Shown here piece after piece: positions 30,614 to 39,344 of a stretch of 64,000 nt of DNA (position 1 is the first letter of the stretch; every line of letters starts with the position of its first letter). The translations under genes and the position numbers were made by a program. Source of the DNA: Verrucomicrobiales bacterium (lineage in GTDB: Bacteria > Verrucomicrobiota > Verrucomicrobiia > Limisphaerales > J093). Where the stretch lies: assembly GCA_037439785.1 (NCBI GenBank), contig JBBIVJ010000015.1, forward strand, positions 19,573 through 83,572. Reading direction: 5' to 3'. A model generated the notes under the pieces. It ran no database searches. It worked only from the letters and a program-made list of their open reading frames with translations, and was not told where the DNA came from.

Positions 30614-30938
30614 ACCGGCCGGCCGTCACAGATGGGCAACCCGCTGCCCCCTGCTCGGCTGGGTGGCATGAGCCGCAGCAAAATGCGGCGAGCCCGCCTC
30701 CCGATTGATTGCGGAGGACGTCGCGGAGGTTTCCAACCTGCCCTACCGCCGATTTCCCCATCGGCGGCGCCCGGCGACCGTGGCGGGTCTTCGGGTTGGG
30801 AAACCCGCCAGACGGCGGACCGGGATATCTACGCCACGGCCAACCGGGCAACGGCACAAAACGGAGAGGCGCCCGCTCCGCGACCGGTTCAAAATAACGA
30901 CTTGACCTCTAGGCCAATCCGTGAACATTCTCGCCTCA

Positions 30939-31589
30939 ATGAAAACCGGGTGCTTTTGGGGTTATGCCGCCCTGGCCGCGGCCGCAGGGTTCTGCCCGGC
31001 TGCTGCGTGGGGGGCGGGTGGGGTCATTTTTGAATTTAGCGACGCCGTCGGCGATGTCTTCGGCGGTCCCAACGAGGCGCAGGTCGTCCGGGGGGGCAGT
31101 TTCTCGATGGAAGCCTGGCTGCACGCCGGCGGGACCGACGTGGTCGGAGTCAACTTCAAGGCCCGCTTCGATCAATACCCGGGGGTCTCACCCTGGAAGC
31201 TGACGCTGGTCAGCGTGAGCCACGCGGGCTCGGATTTCAGCTTTGTCACCAACCCGAGCATCGGGATCGAACCGCTGGTCCCGAGCAACAGCAGCGACCT
31301 CGGCGCGTTTGTGGACCCGCTCGATCCGGTGGGCTCGCGCAACGGGTCCGAGTTCCTGGCCCTGCTGACCTTGTCGGTGGACGGCGGTCTCCCCAAAGGC
31401 ATCTACACGGTCAGTCCCGAGCCGCTGTTCACCACCTGGGTGGACCCCGTGGAAGGCGGGGAATGGTCCTTCGACGGCCTGACCGGTTACACCATCCATG
31501 TGGTGCCCGAACCAAAGGATTGGGCCGGCGCCGCAGCCCTCGCGCTGCTGGGCTTTGCCACCTACCGCCGCTTCCGGGCGCGTGGCTGA
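30939..31589 (+). CDS. PEP-CTERM sorting-domain protein
   Basis: Signal peptide. C-terminus VPEP-KDWAGAAALALLGFATY-RRFRARG matches PEP motif + TM + basic tail. The start could be GTG 30921. Confidence 0.75.
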   Translation: MKTGCFWGYAALAAAAGFCPAAAWGAGGVIFEFSDAVGDVFGGPNEAQVVRGGSFSMEAWLHAGGTDVVGVNFKARFDQYPGVSPWKLTLVSVSHAGSDFSFVTNPSIGIEPLVPSNSSDLGAFVDPLDPVGSRNGSEFLALLTLSVDGGLPKGIYTVSPEPLFTTWVDPVEGGEWSFDGLTGYTIHVVPEPKDWAGAAALALLGFATYRRFRARG

Positions 31590-31609
31590 AGGCCAGCCCT
31601 TCTCTCCTG

Positions 31610-31636
31610 ACCGGCGAACCCTCGCCGGTTTTTTTG
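31610..31636 (+). terminator. Rho-independent terminator after the PEP-CTERM gene
   Basis: ACCGGCGA / ACCC / TCGCCGGT followed by TTTTTTTG, about 20 nt after the stop. Confidence 0.7.
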
Positions 31637-31742
31637 TCACCCCACCGCGGGCTAGCGCGTCCCCTGAGCCGTGCTCCTCGCGTGCGGGCCGCATTCCGGA
31701 ATTGAACGCCGCCGGAGCAGTGGCACTTTGGCGGGCATTGTG

Positions 31743-34382
31743 ATGTCCCGGAAGCCGCTGCCCTGGGTGCCGTCGTGCGTGGCGGAGGCCACGTCCCCGC
31801 GGCGACGCCGCACACGAGCCGGCCGCGCGTGGGGCGGGAGCGTGGTTGGCCTGGCCCTGGCCGGCCTGCTCCAGGCCGCGGAGAGCCCCCGTGAAGCCCG
31901 CACCTGGCTGCTGTCGGGCCGTTACGTCGAGGCCGTGGCCGCCGCCAGCAACCACCTCGAGGCCGGCCAGGCGGACGAGGAATGGTCGCTGATCCTGGGC
32001 GAAGGGCTCCTGACCCTGGGCCGCTATGCCGAGGCCGGGCGCGTCCTCACCAACGCCCTGACCCATTACCCCCGCAGCATCCGCCTGCGCGGGCTGGCGC
32101 GCGAAGTCCTTCCCTATCTCGGCCGGGCGGAGGCCGCCCGCGGCCTGACCCGGGAAATCATTGAACTGGTGGCCGCCCGCCCCTTCGCCTACCGTGATCC
32201 GGCCGACCTGGTGACCTTTGGTCGGGCGGCCCTCGACCGCGGTGCCGACCCCAAACAGGTCCTGGAGCGGGTCTTCAGCGCCGCCCAGCGGGCCGAGCCG
32301 CCGCTGCGCGAGGCCGGGCTGGCCGCGGGGGAACTGGCCCTGGCCAAAAGGGACTTCGCCCTGGCCGCGCGGCAGTTCCAGCAGGCGCTCCAGCGCTTCC
32401 CCAACGACCCCGACGCCCATTGGGGCCTGGCCCGCGCGTATGCCCCCGACGACCCACCCCGGATGCTGGAGGCGATCGCGGCCGCGCTGCGGCACAACTC
32501 CAACCACGTGGGCGCGCTGCTGCTGCTGGCCGAGCACCACCTGGACGGCGAGAACTACGCCGCGGCCGAAGCCCACCTCGAACGGGTCCTCCGCCTCAAC
32601 CCCTGGCAGCCCCTGGCCTGGGCCGGCCGTGCCCTCATTGCCCACCTCCAAAACCTGCCCGCCCGCGAGCAGGCCGCCCGGGACATGGCCCTGCGGCACT
32701 GGACGAACAATCCGCACGTGGACCATTTCATCGGCCGCAAACTCTCGGGAAAGTACCGCTTTGCCGAAGGCGCCGCCTGCCAGCGCCGCGCCCTGACCCT
32801 GGACCCGGACTTTTTGCCCGCCCGCGCCCAACTGGCCCTGGACCTGTTGCGCCGCGGCGAGGACGCGGAGGGCTGGCGGCTGATGCGCGAGGTCGAACAG
32901 CGCGATCCCTACGACGTGACCGCCCACAACTTCATGACCCTGCGCGACACCCTCGAGCGCTTCGCCACGCTGACCAACGCCCACTTCCTCCTCCGCCTGC
33001 CCCCCCGCGACGCCGCCCTGTACGGCGGGCGGGTCCTGGACCTGCTTGCCCGCGCCCATGCCGCACTGACCGCCCGCTACGGCGCGACCCTGGACCAGCC
33101 CACCCGCGTCGAGATGTTCGATGACCAGCGCGACTTCGCCGTGCGCACCTTTGGCATGCCCGAAAACCACGGCTTCCTCGGCGTCTGCTTCGGCCCGGTC
33201 ATCACCGCCAACAGCCCCGCCGCCCGGCCCGGCCGGCACTTCAACTGGGAATCCATGCTCTGGCACGAGTTCGCCCACGTGGTCACCCTGCACCTGACCC
33301 GCAACCGGATGCCCCGCTGGCTCAGCGAAGGCATCTCGGTCTTCGAAGAACGCCGCGCCCACCCGGCCTGGGGCGAACGCCTGACCCCCGCCTACCGCGA
33401 CATGATCCTGGGCGGCGAACTGACCCCCGTGGCCAACCTCAGCGCCGCGTTCCTCGCCCCGCCCACGCCCCGCCATCTCCAGTTCGCCTACTTCCAGTCC
33501 TCCCTGGTGGTCGAGTTCATCGTCCACCGCTTCGGCCCCGACACCCTCACCGCCCTCCTCCACACGCTGGCCGACGGTACCCCGATCAACGAGGCCCTCG
33601 CCCGCCACACCCTGCCGCTGGCAGAGTTCGAAACCGCCTTCGCCGCCTACGCCCGCCAGCAGGCCGAAGCCCTCGCCCCCGACCTGGACTGGGAACCCCC
33701 GCCCTGGCGCGCCTCCCCGCTGGACCCTCCCGCCCTCACCACCGGCGCCGCCGTCGCCACCAACAATTTCTGGACCCTCACCCGGCGCGTGGCCGACCTG
33801 ATGGAAAGCCGGGAGTGGACCGCCGCTCACGCCCTCCTCGAATACCTTACCCGCGCCTTCCCCGAACACACCGGCCCGGAAAGCGCCTGGCGGCAACTGG
33901 CCCGTGTCTGCCGTGAATTGGGCGACCCCGCCGGCGAACGCGCCGCCTGGTCCGCCCTGGCCGAACGGGACGACGAGGCCGTGGACGCCTACCTGCGCCT
34001 GTGCGAACTGGCCGCCGCGGACGGTGACTGGCCCGCCGTCCGCCTCAACGCCGAACGCTACCTGGCCGTGGACCCCTTGGTGCCCGCCCCCTGGCGCTTC
34101 CTGGCCCGCGCCGGCGAGGCGCTCCCGAACGCCCCCACCGCGGCTGCCGCCTGGCGGGCGTTGCTCGAACTGGAGCCGGCCAATCCCGCCGAGGCCCACT
34201 TCGGACTGGCCCGCGCCCTGCATCAACTCGGCGACCCCGCCGCCCGGCGCCATGTGCTGCTGGCGCTCGAACAGGCTCCGCGGCACCGCGAAGCCCTGCG
34301 TCTGTTGCGGACCCTCCACGCGGCGGCTCGGCCGGTCCCGCCCACCGCCGGGGCCGCGCCCTCATCTGCCGCTGCGCCATGA
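31743..34382 (+). CDS. TPR-repeat protein with peptidase-MA-like HExxH domain
   Basis: N-terminal signal/anchor. Multiple TPR-like helices before and after a central region with MLWHEFAHVVTL (HExxH) and a downstream EGISVFEE Glu. ATG 31743 chosen. Stop overlaps the next gene (ATGA). Confidence 0.7.
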   Translation: MSRKPLPWVPSCVAEATSPRRRRTRAGRAWGGSVVGLALAGLLQAAESPREARTWLLSGRYVEAVAAASNHLEAGQADEEWSLILGEGLLTLGRYAEAGRVLTNALTHYPRSIRLRGLAREVLPYLGRAEAARGLTREIIELVAARPFAYRDPADLVTFGRAALDRGADPKQVLERVFSAAQRAEPPLREAGLAAGELALAKRDFALAARQFQQALQRFPNDPDAHWGLARAYAPDDPPRMLEAIAAALRHNSNHVGALLLLAEHHLDGENYAAAEAHLERVLRLNPWQPLAWAGRALIAHLQNLPAREQAARDMALRHWTNNPHVDHFIGRKLSGKYRFAEGAACQRRALTLDPDFLPARAQLALDLLRRGEDAEGWRLMREVEQRDPYDVTAHNFMTLRDTLERFATLTNAHFLLRLPPRDAALYGGRVLDLLARAHAALTARYGATLDQPTRVEMFDDQRDFAVRTFGMPENHGFLGVCFGPVITANSPAARPGRHFNWESMLWHEFAHVVTLHLTRNRMPRWLSEGISVFEERRAHPAWGERLTPAYRDMILGGELTPVANLSAAFLAPPTPRHLQFAYFQSSLVVEFIVHRFGPDTLTALLHTLADGTPINEALARHTLPLAEFETAFAAYARQQAEALAPDLDWEPPPWRASPLDPPALTTGAAVATNNFWTLTRRVADLMESREWTAAHALLEYLTRAFPEHTGPESAWRQLARVCRELGDPAGERAAWSALAERDDEAVDAYLRLCELAAADGDWPAVRLNAERYLAVDPLVPAPWRFLARAGEALPNAPTAAAAWRALLELEPANPAEAHFGLARALHQLGDPAARRHVLLALEQAPRHREALRLLRTLHAAARPVPPTAGAAPSSAAAP

Positions 34383-35224
34383 AACCCCCGCTTGCCGCCT
34401 TCCTGCTGCTGGCCGTGGCCGCCGCCACGGGAGTGCTGGCCCAGCGCCGCTGGGGCTGGCGCGGCGGCGAGGGGTGGGAGATTCGCACCGCCCGCGAGGT
34501 CCCCTCCGGCAGCACCGGCACGCCGATGTGGACCAATGCCCCCGGCTTTGAAAGGGACGCCTTCACCTTCGCCCGCATCCGCTACGCCAGCAACGGCGGC
34601 GGCCGCGGCGGCTGGACCACCGACCTGCCGGACAGCGACCTCAACCTCTCCTGGCGCCTGCAGCAAATGACCTCGATGAAGGTGGACCCCGAAGGCCGGG
34701 TGCTCCGCCTTGCCGACCCCGACCTGCACGAGTACCCCTTCATTTACATCGTCGAACCCGGCGGGCTGTGGCTCAGCGAGCCGGAAGTGGCCGCCCTGCG
34801 CCGCTACCTCCTCAACGGCGGCTTCCTCTGGCTGGACGACTTCTGGGGCGAACGCGAGTGGGCCAACTGCGAGCAGGTCCTCCGCCGCGTCTTCCCCGAA
34901 CGCGACTTCGTCGAACTGGAGCTGGACCACCCCCTTTACCGGACCGTGTTCACCATCCGCGAGAAGGGCCAGGTCCCCAACATCGCCCTGGGCCACGAGA
35001 GCCAGTGGCACGGCGTGACCTGGGAACGGCCCGACGCCCGCGAAGTCCACCACCGCGTCATCTACGACGACCGCGGCCGCATCATGGTCCTGGCCACCCA
35101 CAACACCGACAACGGCGACGGCTGGGAACGCGAGGGCGAAAGCGCCTACTACTTCGAGCACTTCTCCGAAAAAACCGCCTACCCGCTCGGCATCAACGTG
35201 CTGGTGTACATCATGACCCACTGA
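34379..35224 (+). CDS. DUF4159 domain protein (secreted)
   Basis: Signal peptide; FTFARIRY, WTTDLPDSDLNLSWRL, YPFIYIVEPG, GGFLWLDDFWG. I recognise this as the DUF4159 pattern, often found next to MoxR/DUF58. Confidence 0.7.
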   Translation: MKPPLAAFLLLAVAAATGVLAQRRWGWRGGEGWEIRTAREVPSGSTGTPMWTNAPGFERDAFTFARIRYASNGGGRGGWTTDLPDSDLNLSWRLQQMTSMKVDPEGRVLRLADPDLHEYPFIYIVEPGGLWLSEPEVAALRRYLLNGGFLWLDDFWGEREWANCEQVLRRVFPERDFVELELDHPLYRTVFTIREKGQVPNIALGHESQWHGVTWERPDAREVHHRVIYDDRGRIMVLATHNTDNGDGWEREGESAYYFEHFSEKTAYPLGINVLVYIMTH

Positions 35225-35227
35225 CCC

Positions 35228-36259
35228 ATGAGCTTCCCCGCCCACGCCGCCGCTCCCCACGCCCTGACGCCCGATGCCGAGCGCGCGGCCGTCGAACGCC
35301 TCAACGCCGGCCGCGCCCGGATCGAGGCCGAGCTGGCCCGTGTCATCGTCGGCCAGCGCCCCATCATCGAGCAAATCCTCATTGCCCTCTTCGCCGGCGG
35401 CCATTGCCTCATCACCGGCGCCCCGGGCCTGGCCAAGACGCTCCTGGTCAAATCGCTGGCCGGCATCTTTGACCTGCGGTTCCAGCGCATCCAGTTCACG
35501 CCCGACCTCATGCCGGCGGACATCACCGGCACCGAAATCCTCCAGGAACAGGACGGCCGGCGCGACATGGTCTTCGTGCCCGGACCGGTCTTTGCCCATC
35601 TGATTCTGGCCGACGAAATCAACCGCACCCCGCCCAAGACCCAGGCCGCCCTGCTCGAGGCCATGCAGGAACACCAGGTCACCGTGTCCGGCCGCCGGCA
35701 TCCCCTGCCCGAGCCGTTCTTCGTGCTCGCCACGCAGAACCCCATCGAAATGGAGGGGACCTACCCCCTGCCCGAGGCCCAGTTGGACCGCTTCATGTTC
35801 AATGTGGTCATGGACTACCTGCCCGAGGAGGAGGAGACCGAGGTCATCCGCCGCACCACCGTGGAACCCCCGGCCCCCCCCCGGCCGCTGTTCGATGCTG
35901 GCGACGTCCTGCGCTTCCACGCCCTGGTCCGCCGCGTACCCATCGCCGAGGAATTCATCCGCTATGCCGTCCGCCTGGCCGCCGCCTCCCGCCCCCACCA
36001 GCCCGGTGCCCCGGACTTCGTCAACCAGTGGGTCAACTGGGGAGCCGGCACCCGCGCCGCCCAGTTCCTGGTGCTCGGCGCCAAGGCCCGCGCCCTGTTC
36101 CAGGGCCGCGCCCATGTCACCCTTGACGACCTCCGCGCCCTGGCCGCCCCCGTCCTGCGCCACCGCATCCTCCTCAACTACCGTGCCGAGGCCGAAGGCG
36201 TCCGCGTGGACCAGATCACCGAGCGGCTCCTGGCCGCCGTGCCCGCCCCCCTGCCATGA
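35228..36259 (+). CDS. MoxR-family AAA+ ATPase
   Basis: Walker A GAPGLAKT, Walker B LILADEINRTPPKTQAALLEAMQE, VLATQNPIEMEGTYPLPEAQLDRF. Confidence 0.92.
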   Translation: MSFPAHAAAPHALTPDAERAAVERLNAGRARIEAELARVIVGQRPIIEQILIALFAGGHCLITGAPGLAKTLLVKSLAGIFDLRFQRIQFTPDLMPADITGTEILQEQDGRRDMVFVPGPVFAHLILADEINRTPPKTQAALLEAMQEHQVTVSGRRHPLPEPFFVLATQNPIEMEGTYPLPEAQLDRFMFNVVMDYLPEEEETEVIRRTTVEPPAPPRPLFDAGDVLRFHALVRRVPIAEEFIRYAVRLAAASRPHQPGAPDFVNQWVNWGAGTRAAQFLVLGAKARALFQGRAHVTLDDLRALAAPVLRHRILLNYRAEAEGVRVDQITERLLAAVPAPLP

Positions 36260-37233
36260 GCACCGCCCCCGCCCCCGCCGCGGCGCCGACGCCCCCCAGC
36301 CGGTTGATTGACCCGGTGATCCTGATGGGCATCCGGCATCTGGAACTGCGCGCCCGCGCGGTGGTCGAGGGCTTCTGGAGCGGCCTGCACCGCAGCCCCT
36401 GCCACGGCTTCTCGGTCGAATTCACCGAATACCGCCCCTACACCCCCGGCGACGACCTCCGCTACCTGGACTGGCGCGTGCTGGCCCGCAGCGACCGCCA
36501 TTTCGTCAAGCGCTTCGAGGACGAGACCAACCTCCGCTGCCACCTGCTGGTGGACCAGAGCCGCTCGATGGCCTTCGGCTCCCTGCCCTTCCCCAAGGCC
36601 GACTATGCCGCCACCCTCGCCGCCTCGCTGGCCTGGTTCCTCTACCTCCAGGGCGACGCCGTCGGCCTGCTCACCTTCCACGAAACGGTCGGCGACTACC
36701 TCCCGCCCCGCCACCGCCCCGGCCACCTTCGCCGCCTGCTGTTCCTGCTCGACCGCCCCGCCGCCGGCCGCGGCACCGACCTCACCGCCCCGCTGGCCCG
36801 CGCCGCCGAGCTGCTCCGCAAACGCGGCCTGGTCATCGTGCTCTCGGACTTCCTCGCCCCCCTCGACCGCCTGGACCGCGCCCTGCTCGAACTGGCCGCC
36901 CGCGGCCATGAGGTCGTCCTGTTCCAAATCCTCGACCCGGCCGAAACCGACTTTGCTTTCGCCCGGCCCGCGGTCTTCGAGGACCTCGAATCCGGCCGCA
37001 CCCTCCAACTGGACCCCGCCCCCGCCCGGGCCGACTACCAGCGCCGGCTGGCCGCCCACACCGCGGCGCTGCGGGAAAGCTGCCGCCGCCTGGGCATTGG
37101 CTTCACCCGCCTCGAAACCCGCCAGCCCCTGGAACTGGCCCTGCTGGAGTTCCTCCGCCGCCGCACCGAACGCGGCCGCCGGCCGTTCCGCGTCGCCCGC
37201 GCCGCCGGACCCGGCGCGGCCCTTGCCTCATGA
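36256..37233 (+). CDS. DUF58 domain protein (vWA-like)
   Basis: GFSVEFTEYRPYTPGDDLRYLDWR signature. MIDAS-like LLVDQSRSM. ATGA overlaps at both ends. Confidence 0.85.
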   Translation: MSTAPAPAAAPTPPSRLIDPVILMGIRHLELRARAVVEGFWSGLHRSPCHGFSVEFTEYRPYTPGDDLRYLDWRVLARSDRHFVKRFEDETNLRCHLLVDQSRSMAFGSLPFPKADYAATLAASLAWFLYLQGDAVGLLTFHETVGDYLPPRHRPGHLRRLLFLLDRPAAGRGTDLTAPLARAAELLRKRGLVIVLSDFLAPLDRLDRALLELAARGHEVVLFQILDPAETDFAFARPAVFEDLESGRTLQLDPAPARADYQRRLAAHTAALRESCRRLGIGFTRLETRQPLELALLEFLRRRTERGRRPFRVARAAGPGAALAS

Positions 37234-39344
37234 GCTTCCTGGCCCCCTGGTTCCTGCTGGGCGCGCTGGCCGTGGCCGGGCCGCTGCTCTTCCACCTCAT
37301 CCGGCGCACCACCCGCCAGCGGGTGCCCTTCAGCTCCCTGTTGCTCCTCCGCCCCGCTCCGCCGCGGCTGACCCGCCGCAACCGCCTCGAAGACCTCCTG
37401 CTCCTGGCCCTGCGTGCCCTGGTCGTCATCCTGTTGGCTGCCGGCTTCGCCCGCCCGTACTGGCAGCAGGCGTTCCCCCCCGCTGCCGCCGACGGCCCCG
37501 CCCGCCGCACCGTCCTGCTCCTGGACACCAGCGCCAGCATGCGCCGCGGTGATCTCTGGGCCCAGGCCCTGGCCCGGGCCGAGGCCCGGCTGCGCCGCGC
37601 CGCGCCCGCTGACCAGGTGGCGGTGCTGACCTTCGATCGCGACGTGGTCGTGCGGCTCGGGTTCGAGGAATGGTCCGCCACGCCCGTCGCCGAGCGTGTC
37701 GCCCGCGCCCGCGCCCGCCTCGCCCCCCTCCAACCCGGCTGGGCCACCACACATCTGGACACCGCCCTGATCCGTGCCGCCGAGCTGGCCGCCGAACCCG
37801 CCGAAGGCCCGACCGAACCGGCCCGCGAAGTGGTGGTGCTCAGCGACCTGCAGACCGGCAGCCGCACGACCGCCCTCCAGGGCCACGAGTGGCCGCGCGG
37901 AGTAACCGTGAGCTTCGAGCCGCTCCGCACCCCCGCCGCCGCCAACGCCTCCCTCCACTGGGTGCCCGAGCCGGACGAGGCCGCCCCGCCGGCGGCCGAC
38001 GCCGCCCTGCGCCTGCGCGTGGTCAACGCCCCCGACTCCACCCGCGAGCAATTTCAACTCCGCTGGGCCGGTGCCGCCGCCACCAACGCTCCGCCGCCGC
38101 TCGAGGTTTATGTGCCGCCCGGCCGCTCCCAAACGGTCACCCTCACCCCACACCTGCCCGCCCCGGCCGCCGGCGCGGTACGGCTGGAAGGCGACGAAGA
38201 ACCCTTCGACAATCTCGTCCACGTGGCGCCCCCGCAGGTCCGGCCCCTGACGGTGGTTTACTTCGGGGCCGACGCCGCCGGCGACCCGCGCAGTCCGCGC
38301 TTTTTCCTGGAGCGCGCCTTCCCGCCCACCCTGCGCCGCACCGTGGAGGTGGTGGCGCTGGACCCCGCCGGACCGATCCCCCCCGCCACGCTCGACGCCG
38401 CCGCCCTGGCGGTGGTGCATGGTCCCCTTTCGTCCACCCTGGGCGCAGCCCTGCGCCCGTGGCTGGCCCGTGGGCGCACGGTCTGGTGGACGCCACCCGC
38501 CGCCGCCGCGGCGACCGGCCTCGCGGAGTTGGTACGGGGCGCCCACCTCTCTGCGGAAGACCATCAACCCGCCAACTACGCCCTGCTGGTTGAACTCGAT
38601 TACCGGCATCCCTGGCTGGCGCCCTTCGCCGACCCGCGTTTCGGCGATTTCTCCAAAATCCGCTTCTGGCGCTACCGCCGCCTGGACCTTGCCGGGGGTC
38701 CGGAAGTCCGCGTGCTGGCGCGGTTTGATTCCGGCGATCCGGCCTGGGTGGAAGTGCCGGTCGGCCGGGGTCGCCTCCACCTCTGGGCGGCGGGGTGGGC
38801 GCCTGCCGACAGCCAGTTGGCGCTGTCCACCAAGTTTGTCCCGCTGCTCCACGGCCTGCTCGACCTCAGCGCCGGCCCCCCCATCGGCTCCGGCCAGTGG
38901 ACCGTGGGCGACCCTCTGCCCCTGCCGGAAGCGGCCAACGCCACCGCCGGCGCGGTGATGCGTCGGCCCGACGGCGGGACCGAACCCCTTGCTGCCGGCG
39001 CCACCCACTACGCCGCCACCTCGCGGCCCGGCCTCTACGAACTGAGCACCGGCGGGCAGGTGCATCGCTGGGCGGTGAACCTCGACACGGCGGAAAGCCG
39101 GCTGACGCCCCTGCCGGTGGAAGATTTCGAGCGGCTGGGCGTGCCCCTGAGCCGGCCGGCACTGCCGCACGCGCAGGCGGTCGCCCGCCAGCAGCGGTTG
39201 TGGGCGGCCGAAATCGAGGGCCGGCAAAAATTCTGGCGCTGGGTCCTGGTCGCCGCCCTGGCCCTGCTGGGGACCGAAACCCTCCTGGCCGGGCGGGCGG
39301 CGCGGCGCCGTGCTACGTCTACGTTTTCGGAGGTGACCGCATGA
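37230..39344 (+). CDS. BatA-like membrane protein (N-terminal double-TM aerotolerance-regulator domain + vWA-like domain)
   Basis: MSFLAPWFLLGALAVAGPLLFHLIRRTTRQR N-terminus, MIDAS-like LLLDTSASM, and a C-terminal TM (WRWVLVAALALLG). Confidence 0.75.
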   Translation: MSFLAPWFLLGALAVAGPLLFHLIRRTTRQRVPFSSLLLLRPAPPRLTRRNRLEDLLLLALRALVVILLAAGFARPYWQQAFPPAAADGPARRTVLLLDTSASMRRGDLWAQALARAEARLRRAAPADQVAVLTFDRDVVVRLGFEEWSATPVAERVARARARLAPLQPGWATTHLDTALIRAAELAAEPAEGPTEPAREVVVLSDLQTGSRTTALQGHEWPRGVTVSFEPLRTPAAANASLHWVPEPDEAAPPAADAALRLRVVNAPDSTREQFQLRWAGAAATNAPPPLEVYVPPGRSQTVTLTPHLPAPAAGAVRLEGDEEPFDNLVHVAPPQVRPLTVVYFGADAAGDPRSPRFFLERAFPPTLRRTVEVVALDPAGPIPPATLDAAALAVVHGPLSSTLGAALRPWLARGRTVWWTPPAAAAATGLAELVRGAHLSAEDHQPANYALLVELDYRHPWLAPFADPRFGDFSKIRFWRYRRLDLAGGPEVRVLARFDSGDPAWVEVPVGRGRLHLWAAGWAPADSQLALSTKFVPLLHGLLDLSAGPPIGSGQWTVGDPLPLPEAANATAGAVMRRPDGGTEPLAAGATHYAATSRPGLYELSTGGQVHRWAVNLDTAESRLTPLPVEDFERLGVPLSRPALPHAQAVARQQRLWAAEIEGRQKFWRWVLVAALALLGTETLLAGRAARRRATSTFSEVTA

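Noticed and set aside
30614-30920. Structured 300-nt leader upstream of the PEP-CTERM gene, with hairpins CCGCCGAT-TTCCCC-ATCGGCGG and GGCGGGT...ACCCGCC and a TTGACC hexamer near 30901. I considered a riboswitch or a promoter.
   Set aside because: I recognised no match to a riboswitch consensus (c-di-GMP-I was considered). No convincing -10 element lies at the right spacing from TTGACC. Short GC hairpins are frequent in this DNA.
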